Assembly: GCA_012295275.1 (NCBI GenBank)
Contig: CM022673.1
Span: forward strand, 23,746,001-23,810,000
Length of the DNA: 64,000 bases
From: Chrysomallon squamiferum
Lineage: Eukaryota; Animalia; Mollusca
Direction of reading: 5' to 3'
A program made the position numbers and the translations under genes. Under the pieces are notes generated by a model. The model saw nothing but the letters and a program-made list of their open reading frames with translations. It did no database searches and was not told the origin of the DNA. The first letter of the stretch is position 1. Each line of letters opens with the position of its first letter. Positions 13,388 through 42,995 of this stretch are shown here, piece after piece.

Positions 13388-14105
13388 GCACAATATTCTG
13401 TGTTGCTGTCGAATTTGCAATTATAATTTCTCTAACAATATTTTCAAATTACAAAGGAGCATTTAAACCAGATTCAGTTTTTCATCATTCGCAAACGAGG
13501 TCACAAGAAGCGTGCTTCGATATTTTTCTTGTGGCTACACTCTGGAAATGACAACATGATAATGAAAGTACATTAGAGATTAAAAAAAAAGAAAAAAGGA
13601 ACAGGTTAGGGGAAGTAGGCTGCAACAGGGGATAATTGCCAATTTATAAGATCTTTATAAAGATCTGGTTTCACGTAGTATTTCTGTAGGCAGTTAAGTA
13701 ATTCCAGTTATACTCTAGAGAAATCACTATACTCAGTCACGTGTTAAACTGATCACAATCAAATTCGAGCCAATACACTCGTCTCATAAACTCGTTTTAT
13801 TTTTTTTTATTATTATTATTATTTTTATCTCACTAGCTTATTAGTTTCACCACTATCTACCAATTCGAGTAGCTACTTGCTCGAATAGACTGATACATAA
13901 CACGTATCTATCTACACAGACACACATTCCATAAATTATTAAACGAAAACTGATCCAAAGCTTTCCAGGAAATTCGTGACACAGCATGTGCAGTAAATGC
14001 ATCATACGTGTAATAAGATATATATAATTACACGGGTGCATGACAGTACATGAAAATTATTTCTTTTTATCAAATTATACTGTGATATCCACAGTAATAT
14101 CTATT

Positions 14106-14466
14106 TCATAGAGATGTATATATATATATATATATATAGCTGTGGGCACACCTTTTATGTTACTAATGAAGTCCAGTTTTAATAGGCCATTGAAAGAATA
14201 GGTATTTTAAGACACACATACCCGCACATAAACATAAATACATACATACACCCACATAAAAGCACACACATACCCAGTTAAGTATGTGTTTATGTTTATG
14301 TGCGGGTATTGTGTCTTAAAATACCGATTCTTTCAATGGCCTATTAAAACTGGACTTCATTAGTAACATAAAAGGTGTGCCCACAGCTATATATATATAT
14401 ACATATACATACATATATATATACATATACATACATATATATATATATATACATACATCTCTATGA
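14106..14466. repeat. Long near-perfect inverted repeat (foldback or MITE-like)
   Basis: 14139-14245 is the reverse complement of 14282-14387 with few mismatches and a ~36-nt loop; symmetry continues through (TA)n to tcatagagatgta / tacatctctatga. Confidence 0.9.
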
Positions 14467-14477
14467 TATATATATAT

Positions 14478-14508
<31 letters not shown>

Positions 14509-14859
14509 TAGATGTATGTATGTAAATATAAATAAGATATATTTATATCTATATTTACAAACACACACACCCATATAGGTATGTATGTGTGTGTGTGCGT
14601 GCCAATATATATATATAGTCATTTTGATCAGACGAGCCCCTCACACACACACGTACACACAGTCACATCACTTGGTTGTATCCGCGTCTAACAGCGTGAG
14701 TTAGCAAAGCAGTGTGACCACAAATGGGTACACGTCTGATTTCATCCCATAAAAGGAAAGTGACAGAAAGACGTCGTTGTGTCTCTGTGTCTACTGATTA
14801 ATAAGAAAACCGCTGAGTTAGCCGTATTGATCAGAGAATAAGCCAGACTGTTTTTGTAG

Positions 14860-15457
14860 CAGTGCGGAGGCTAATTGAAATAAGTGGAGAGCGGGAAACG
14901 AACCGAGCGCCGACATCTAACTCAAAAATATCATTGAAGAAAATCGAAACGACTAGACACTGCGGCTCGCGGTGAAATCCTTCCTAGACAGAAACAGACA
15001 CAACTTTGTTGCATATTGGAATGTTCCTAGAGAGAAAAATAGACCGAAACTTATACATATTCATGGGCCGGTTACTGCCCGACTCGACTGCAGCACGAGA
15101 AGCGAATGCGCAATGACAGCGCGCGCGGTGACAGTCGTGTCTTGTTAGCAGACGGCGTGTATAAACACTGGACTGTACGTTCGTTCACCTGACTGTAAAC
15201 AACGTCGCCCACGTTGCACGACCGCGTGTTCTGGCTGTGAGTGGAGTTAGCTCAGCAGCAGGTAGCGCGGCACGGAAATACCGACTGAATGAGTTCACAG
15301 TGAATATGAGTGGTGGCCGTTGTCACTGGAGCAGGACGTCCGACACTCGCCTGCCGCTGTTGAGTAACAGGTAAATTGGAAAATCCAGCCAGCCAGCCGG
15401 TCGCGTTGTGGTTGTTGTTGTTGTTGTTGTTGCGGTTGTGGATGCGACGACTCGAGA
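14860..15457 (+). promoter_or_regulatory. CpG-rich promoter and 5' leader of the six-cysteine gene
   Basis: Locally GC/CpG-rich island in an AT-rich background, TATA-like gtataaa near 15159, directly upstream of the signal-peptide ATG at 15458. Confidence 0.5.
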
Positions 15458-33662
<18,205 letters not shown>

Positions 33663-35097
33663 TGACGTATTTCCTGTCAGATTTATAAAGATGTATAATT
33701 TACGACTGATAAAACTAAACTTAGTGCTGTTGTTTTCTCACAAGTATTACAATGATGAATTCAGTGTGCTATCAGTCTCGTAATTCATGAAGATCAAGAA
33801 AAGCGACATAGCTTGCTCAATATCTTCATTTTCATCGCTTCATGTTTACCTTGTGATTAACATGTTGTGTATATATGAGGTTTACTAGGTGTTTACTGGC
33901 TGTGTTTACTCGGAGTTTACAAACGTAAATACATGTGATTTTGAAAAGAAAGTTCTTGAAGATAAATTTATTGTATGGTTTTAACACTTCTTATACAAGA
34001 AAAAATGAAGAAAAAAAAAGATGAAAATAATTTATATGCATTTATCTCTGTATGTGTATGTGTGTGATGCTATGGTTTTTGTGTCTGCGTCAACGTGCAT
34101 TGTTAACTTCGAGGACCAAATTATTTACGACGAAATTGTACAATTATTATTATATACTGTATTTTCAGTTTCATTCTATCGATCATTCTTTTTTTTTTAT
34201 CTTTTAGCTGTCGTTACTTTAAACACTGTCAACATTTAGTGTGCTATTTACTGACTGTCTTTTCTCTTCTCTTCATACCTTCGGCGTTCAGAAACTAAAT
34301 CAAAGTTACCAACTCAAAATAAACAAAGAACCCCAGTCTATATATATGTTTATTTTTTACTTACCATTCTATTGCTTATACTTAAAATTCTAGTACATTT
34401 AGTTGCATTTTCTTAATCTCTGTAATTATAAATCTTTAATTAAATGTATCTGCCATTAATCAGTTACGAAACTGTATAGAATTACAATTGTTTAGAGTAA
34501 TGATATTTTACTGGTTGTTTATAATACAAGTGAATTTAACTGTAAACACAGATGTATAGATAGATATATAAGGTAGAAAATGAAATGTTCGCTTATCCAG
34601 ATATATACTTACGAGTGTACGTGTTAATGATTTAAATGTGTAACATTGAACAATACTATGACTTAAATCGGAATGTGACGTAATAATGTTAATCGTTTTT
34701 ATTTACAAGTGACAAATAAAAGTTCTATAATATTGTAAAATCAAAACTATTATGTAGAGTGATGTAGTACACAGAACAAATCATTTATATATTTTGTTTA
34801 TATTTTATACTTTGGTGCATTTACTTCATTTGTTTGTTTTTTTGTTTTGTTTTAAATTGCTACTCATTATTTCACAAATACATACTCAAATTTGTTAAAA
34901 GTCTGAATCGTTTTATTGACATTGTTTGATTATGTTCATATTCATCATGTTTTTATTTTTCATATTTTGTTGATGTTTGTTTTGAATTAACTAAAATGAT
35001 TGCTAAAGTATGTAATTATATAAATCTCATTTTAATGAAATCAAATCAACTGTAATACATATCTATATATAATCCTGCCAATTGTATTTGTGCATAT

Positions 35098-35163
<66 letters not shown>

Positions 35164-38100
35164 CAACAACAATAATAACAATAATAATAATAATGACAAC
35201 AACAAAGTAATAAATGAGTTCATTTTTTTTTTTTTTTTTTAGCAAACAGCTCAGTCTTTGAACTGTAGAAACCCCTCAAGTTTAAACGTTTAATAACATT
35301 TAGGACAACAGCTAAATGTGTCTGTCATTGATATGTCACGTGGTTAGATCACGAAATATTCATAATACAAAAGTCTGGTTGATTTTTTTCTCCCAGTGTA
35401 ATTTAAAAACTGTATACATGTATACCAGGCATTGTTTCTTACATGAGTTGAATGTTGGCACACCGCCAGCACAAACCAGGTTAAGCTCATGTATTGCTTC
35501 CAGTGCTGTACGAACTGTGTTCGAGTACACGCAGTTTCTCTCTGTTACTTGGTTAGCAGTGTGGCCTGTCACTCTGTCCGTGTTTAAACAAACTTGCGTC
35601 ACTGTTTGGTGCAGACTCTACATGCTGCATATATCACCACTTATTTAATGTGATGTAGATTCTTGTGCACACATTTGTTAACAGTGTACTAGATAGATAC
35701 ATACCCGCTATAATGTATCAGTTGTACAATGTACTTATTAAGTGTATGCAGTATATCACTTGTACTAGGTTCAGATATTTTATAACTGCTACTACGTGAA
35801 GACTAGTTAACATTGACTTTTCTCAGAAAAAACCCTGATATTTTATCAAGATGAATGGAGTTACATTTATTATAAATAATATAAAAACTATCTCAAATGC
35901 AAAAAAAGAATTCATGCGATCACATTTTTAAAAAGAAAATTAATCTGCTAATAATGTGTAGAGGTTAGAAAAGTGTGGTCCCAAAATGAATGTAATATTT
36001 GAACTATTTTTACCGGTAACAAAAAATGACACTGTGATGATGGCTGTTGGTTAATGCAATGTTTTGTATAGCAAGAGAAATGCTTTATCATTCATGTGGT
36101 TGTGATTTTTGTTATCTTTTTAGTTGCCTGTTATTTGTACACTACCTAGTCACTATCACACTTTAACAACCGTGACATGTTTTTAAAATATAGACCGAGG
36201 CATTTGTTTTTTTAAAAAAAAAATTTTTTCAAAAAAAAATCATATAAGAAAAAGAAATATAATAAATAAAAACAAAGCGAGAACTAAAAGTTTTTTTTTT
36301 TTTTTTTTTTTTTTACTGAAAAATAGTTACACAAATAATTAGACACGCTGAAGGCAAATCACTGTGAAATAGTGACTAGGTATTGTTGTTGTTATTTTGA
36401 GTTCAAAGTAAACAGAATGTTGGTGCCGAGTTGTAACCTTGGCAACCAAAAACAAGTATACATGTATATATGAGCGGTGGTGTGTTTGTTTCAGTGTTTA
36501 TAATAAGCCTCTTTCAAAGCTTCGATCATTTATTGGTTGTACTTGTTTCCTCATACATTTAAATTTATTTTTTACAATTCAAACGAATTAAAACAATCAT
36601 CTTCTTGTTTTTCTTGTTTGTTTTTTTTTTTAATAGTGATGAAATTTCTAACGAAATTATCGACTTCAGTTAGAAATGCTTTGAAAAAGAAAACAAAATG
36701 GGACACAGTTGTTGTACTTGAGATACGTTTTACTAGCAACGGCCGGTTGCTTCACTAAATAAAACAATAATTTAATTTGTTTATTATAAACATCTTTTTC
36801 CTCCATACAGGTAAACATTTGGCACTAATTTACGTAAAAAAAAAAAAAAAAAAAAAAAAAAAGATAAAAAATAAAAAAGAAATGTACTAATCATCAAAGC
36901 AATAAAGAAACAACTCCTGACACATAAATCTCATTATGAATATTGCTGTGTTTGATTTATTACGTGCACAGTACGGCGGAGGGGAAGTGATTATTCCTCT
37001 GATATTATGCGAAGACGTGTCGAGGTCTGGGAAAAATAAGTTAAAAAAATATGTGAAATTTTCTTTTAAAAAGCTAAGATAAGCGAATTAACGTTGCCTG
37101 CAGCCAGCTGGAGAAAAGGAGAATGTTATCGGTGCAAGATCAAATTACACAACAGAAGAGTCTGAGTGCAATCGTTATGAAAATATTTATCATACATAAT
37201 TTGTTATTTACTGTGCTGCATACACGCCTGAATACAGTGAAACTTACATGTTGCTTTTACCATTACAACAGGGCAGTCATGTCAGATATTTATAATAAAA
37301 GTCCTTGGAAATGAGTGGGGTTTTTTTTTTTGGTTTTTTTTTTGTTAAAAGTACAACTTGTAACAGTAATTAAATAAACTTTCTAACAGTTTTACGAGAG
37401 GATGCAGTTCAGTGAGTGGAGTGCTGACAGGCTTTTATCCCGTTCCAGCTAATTCTGAACGGTTTCGTGTGCGATTCCATGCATATGTGGAGGAAGCGTG
37501 AAAGAGGAGATCCCTGAATAAGCCATCTGCTTTCAAATTTGTCTGGAGAAAAGTTTCTCAACTCGGGATAACAAAAATATAAACAAAAAATTTACAAAAT
37601 GTAAAATAATTTAAAAAAAAGAATAAACATCACCGTGCGCATTTCACTCTGTGAGATTGTTGTAAGCTGTTTACACAGCAAGATTATTTAATTAAATACA
37701 ATTCGAAAACTAACACCGAAACCAATTACACAGTAAATTTAATAACAAGATTTCTTGCGTAAATGTTTTATGACCAAAATATTTATAAAACAACGCAGGA
37801 TTGTAGAATTACTGTAACAACCATTCTGAAAAATAAGATGAAGCCTACATTTGTTTGTTTCTTCTTCTTCTTCTTCTTCTTCTTATTATTATTATTGATA
37901 CTACTACTAGTACTACTACTGTTATTACTACTGTTACTACTATTATTACTACTACCACACCTGCTGCTGCCATTATTATCATCATCATCAGTATTTAGTC
38001 GTCTGCGCGATAATGTAAGCTCAGTCTGATATGACTTTTGTGAAATAATTACGATACTTTATCCAGCTAATCTGTTAAATCGATCACTTACAAAAATCTC

Positions 38101-38660
38101 GGTTTTTCTGATAAAATGGTAAACCCAAGAGATGAACTTGTGCTTAAACCATAAGAAAATAAGATGTGTTTCCTGTAAACTTCAAAAATAAAATTGAAAT
38201 TTCCTGCATCTGTTTTTAAAACGATACTGAATCAATTGAATAAGTTTAAGTCGTTTAGTTTTAACTCCTGGGAGTAAATGAAATGGGTTTTGTTCAAAAT
38301 ACGGAACTTAAAAAATATCTTTGCAAAGTCCCTCTCGATATTAACGTAAAAATTATGAATTTATTTTAATGAAAATAAAATAAAATAAAATAAAATAAAA
38401 TAAATAAATAAATAAATAAATAAATATAAGAACAATATATGCTGAACATAATATAAAGAAGAAACTTGCTATTTGTACGCAGTCGATTATGTTAAGATGC
38501 GATTAATAGTTTATCACAGATAACAATAATGATAGAAAATAAATAAATGAAAAAACACTGTTTTATAATCCAGAGAGTGTGTAAAGGGGAATAACTAAAC
38601 AGTCCCACCTGAGACGAAAATATAAATTTCAAACACAAACAATTAAAAAGTCAGTGAACA

Positions 38661-38691
<31 letters not shown>

Positions 38692-38736
38692 TATTATTAT
38701 TATTATTATAATTATTGTTGTTGTTGTATTTGTTTA

Positions 38737-38799
<63 letters not shown>

Positions 38800-39209
38800 T
38801 TAGTAATCTTCAACAATCAATTATTACCTCACATTTACTATAAGCACAATTATTATTTGAATAACAACAAAAAAAAAAAAAAAAAGAAAAAAATAAAAGA
38901 AAATGAATAAAAGTAACAAAAGAAGAAGAAAAAAGTATTATTATTATTTTTGTTTAATTGTTTCGGCTTATATTTGATTGTGCTTGCCTTGGTGTGTGCC
39001 TGTATATATGCAAGATTTTTAAAGACCAAAAAGATATAATAATTAAAATACAGATTTTGGATAATAAAAATAAATATATTTATATTTATAATTAATATCA
39101 ATATTATTAAAAGGTAAGTATAAACTAACATATGCGGATATGAATTTTATGTTTTAAAGAATCAAAGGAATTAATTAATTACGAGGTATAACAGGAGAGT
39201 TTAAATATA

Positions 39210-39490
39210 TCAGGACGCCGCTATTTTTCTGCAGTCGTCACATCGTAGACTAGAGGGCGGATTGATTGGCTTTTACGTTTTTAGGTGATTACATCACGGC
39301 CGATTTTGTGATGTGGAAAAATGGCGATAGTTTTAATAGTTCTATTTTAGTGTAAGCTTGATTATAGATCTCTCAAAATGTAACTTGGATGTATAAAGAA
39401 CTTTATTTCATTGTGTATTCGTGCCGCCGCAGCTGCTGTTTAATCAAAGAAAGATCAATACCAAAAATGTTTAGCATACTCAACAAAGGT
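39210..39490 (+). promoter_or_regulatory. Housekeeping-type promoter, possibly of the b5 reductase
   Basis: CpG-rich patch with gggcgg, inverted CCAAT (attgg) and YY1-type aaaatggcg near 39318. Confidence 0.4.
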
Positions 39491-39619
39491 TTAGATTTTA
39501 CTTTTTTATTTTACCTTTTTAATTTAGGTTAACCTCACACTGTGTAGGCATGTAATTGAGTGTCATAAGATTTGCACTATAGAAAATGAAACATAATTTA
39601 AACTCGTTTGCATGAGCAA

Positions 39620-40630
39620 TAAACCCAACAGTTTCTTCTTGTCCTCATGCGTGTTGTATCTTACAGTTCACGTTGTTATTAATATCTACTAATGTAAGAC
39701 AACTTCTTTGAAGTCGCCTCATATTTTCTGTGCATTATCCATGTGATTATTCCTCATTTAGTTGTTTTATAAGTTTTCATAATTTGATGCTGAACTTTTC
39801 AAAGTTTGAGTGCAGCAGTCTTGTCTCTACAGATTTTTCTTTGGATTCAGACTTGTTTTTCAGGCTTTACAATGCTGGAGCCTCAGCTGTTGTTTTGGTT
39901 CGGGTTCTGCTCTGCTTCAACGTGTGCCATTTGAATTTTTTCATTCCAATAAGGTACATATACTTTCCTGACTCCTCTTTGGAAATTTTCTTTGGCAGGT
40001 TTAATGATGTGGATATTGAATTATTTCATTACAGTGTCTATGTCCCTTATCTGGACTTCAATATCTTTGGTCAGCTCATTCGTACAATGCTTGAAAGTTG
40101 TCATTTTGCATTCCTATGTTCCACCTTCTGTGAAGCTGGATGTGTTTTGCTATCACTTAAGGTTAGGAGGACCGAGCTATGCTCCTGCTCCTTGACTAGT
40201 GATTCTATGGACACTATAGAACAGAAAGCAAAGTCGGGGGAGGTTACGGAATGCCAATGCCTCGAGTAGAATGTTGGTTTGATCAAGAGGGTCATTAAAG
40301 AGATTAAATTGTTGTTGTTGTTTTTTCATCCTGCCAGCTTTGTACCTCCTCTCCTCTTCTGTTAATGTTATTGTAACCCCAGCTCTGGACTGGCCACTGA
40401 CCTTAAGGAAGAAGTTACAGTCTGATGTACGGAAAACATTAAGGGACAGTTCTTTGTCATTTGGGCGGTGAAAATTTACAATGTGAAGGTGAGACGTTTT
40501 TGTTTTGATATTGACCTCAGTGAATCCAGCTGCCTCAATATATCTGTTAGTCTCAATGGAACAGATGTTATTTCTTACTAGAGTAACTCCCCCATCCTTG
40601 TTTCTTCCACTGCGATTGCTTCGGAATGTC
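39620..40630 (-). mobile_element. Degenerate non-LTR retrotransposon fragment (AP-like endonuclease and linker, I/Ingi-like)
   Basis: Minus-strand pieces FRSNRSGRNKDGG, RRGEEVQSWQDE, PTFYSRHWHSVTSPDFAFC, RRWN and PYWNE, broken by stops and frameshifts. Confidence 0.7.
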
Positions 40631-40846
40631 TGACCAGAAATGTAGTCACAATAGCTGCATAGTATTGTGATATATTACTTCTGACTTCAGCACTCTAGTT
40701 TCTGTTAGAATTACCTAACCCTTAATCCATATCTGTTTAGTCTCTACCCATTGACTAGTCCGGCATCAGTGTCCCTAACAGAAGCCAAAGCTGGCACCGA
40801 GTCAAGGAATGGACTATGAATAGAATTATTATTACTTTTGGCAAGT

Positions 40847-40903
40847 ACAGGCACGTTCACAAAGATAAAAAGACGCATAAGCACATAACTAAACAATTAA
40901 AAA

Positions 40904-40949
<46 letters not shown>

Positions 40950-41227
40950 TTATTTTTTTTGTTGTTGTTTTTGTTTTTGTTATGATTCCATTTGTATTTA
41001 TGTATAAATTGATAGAAGTATCAACTGTATTATAATACTGTTATTATCAGCATTATCACTAATAAACTGATGAATCAATCTTTTGTAAGTAATTCAAAAA
41101 TATTTACTTATAAATAAATAATGATAATAATAAGAGAAATGAATAAAGTTTATGTCATTTCTCTCTTTCTTTTTTAGTTGTTTAGTTATGTGCTTATGCG
41201 TCTTTTTATCTTTGTGTACGTGCCTGT
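40847..41227. repeat. Inverted repeat with 57-bp arms around a ~270-bp AT-rich spacer (MITE-like)
   Basis: 40847-40903 matches the reverse complement of 41171-41227 with 2 mismatches. Confidence 0.85.
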
Positions 41228-42848
41228 CTGCATTCTTAACCACAGAAGAGTAACAACCACAAACCATGGAACGGAGATGTGTAACCTTCATTTGGTATCG
41301 GCAACTGTAGTTATCTCCCTTTGATTTTTGTTCGGCCTCACCTGCCTGGAAAAGTGTAACGATGAATTATCTCGTTGTAAGTACATTGCTTGTTTTTACT
41401 TGAGTTTTGATAAAGTTTTAATTCTTGCCTAAACTTGTTAGCATATGCACTAAGCTGCAGACGAAATGACATGTTTGAACAGCAGAGTTGGCTATAGTCG
41501 TGTCGGATGTTCATTGGGGGAAATTGCATGATTGAATGATTATGACATCAGTTTCCGTCAGTCTGTCAGTCTGCACATCTCTGCTGGAATACAGTCATCC
41601 TTGCTGTATCCAATTCTTTATTGCGACCTCTAAATTTTCTTTCAACATGTGTTTTTGGTTAAAATCATTTTACTGTTATTTAATAAAATTAGTGGCATAA
41701 ATAATTTTTAAAAATGAATATGCATAAGATACTGCAGCTGTTGCTACACATTACAATATTCATTTACGTGCGAGAAACATTTTATCTGCAATTGATTTAT
41801 TTGATATTTCACTACAAACTATTTGTATCAGATTAACTAACAACATTGTTCGAAATGAAATTTTTGGTTATTGTCAGATGACATTTCCTGGTGATGTCTG
41901 CCACATCACAGTGACGGATGATTCAATTAACAGACAGCAAAACAACATTTTCTAAGAACGCCATTTTTATTTATTTAATTATTGTTATACTTTATTTTAT
42001 TTTTATTTTATTGTTATTTGACAAAGTTGTTTTCAAATATGTTATTATAAAATACTGGATTTTCAGATTTTAAGCTCAAATAAAATTCAGCTAGTATTAC
42101 AAACATTTAACCTACATTGTGAGTCTTGAATCAGTAGGTATGTGATGGAATGTTAAATACGATTTTTTTTCCACATTCCTACATTTCTGTATAAACTGGT
42201 TTTTCTTTTGAAGTCACAGAACATCTGGCACTTCACAGAGAATGACACATCACATAAGAATTTAACAGGGAAAATAAAATAGCAAGTTTAATTCATTGAA
42301 CTGATTGTTGTCTAACTTTTAAAGTAAACTTTAGTAAACATTCATTTTTTTTTAAAGTTTTGATTTAAAAAATTAAAAATTAAAAATTTCTTTTGTATTT
42401 CCACACTGCAAATTAATGTGCAGTAGATAAATTTTGAAACCTTAAGAGTAGTTACTTTTTTCATTTATTTTTTTCTTGAAGTTAATACAAAATCACAATT
42501 TCTTAACAACTATTAGTTGTAAGTGCACTGATGAACTTTGCTATATACTTTTTGACTACCTCTTTTACATCTGTTAATATGACACCAACATTTTCTCTGA
42601 CTTTTTAAAGCTTCCCAACATGTATTATAGAAACCTGTTTCTGATAATATCATGCCTGTACTCTGATTACACCTAAATGAAATACAGGTAGTGACGCACA
42701 TACCTCTTGTTGCCTCTCTATAAACAGATAAAAAGAACAAACAGTTATCTGTGAGGTGAACTGTTATAACAGTTCAAAGTTCAAATCATAACTGCTGTAA
42801 TTTCATTTTAATTGTGGATCTCACATGATGGATTATTCTCTCTTACAG

Positions 42849-42995
42849 AGTATTCCAGTTGCCATTGGCATCACGGTTGTTGCTTTGACAGCAGTGCTGG
42901 CAAGGATATTTCTGTTTGGAGACAAGAAGAAGAAGAATCCAAAAACCCTGCAAGACCCAAACATCAAATACCCACTGAAACTGATAGACAAAGAG
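42849..42995 (+). CDS. CYB5R3: b5 reductase copy 1 exon 2 (membrane anchor)
   Basis: [49 protein letters not shown]. Confidence 0.9.

Noticed and set aside
39467-39488. MFSILNK as coding exon 1 of the b5 reductase
   Set aside because: Ends in phase 1 whereas exon 2 starts in phase 0; not called without transcript data
39730-40269. 179-aa plus-strand ORF
   Set aside because: Antisense of a decayed LINE endonuclease/linker region
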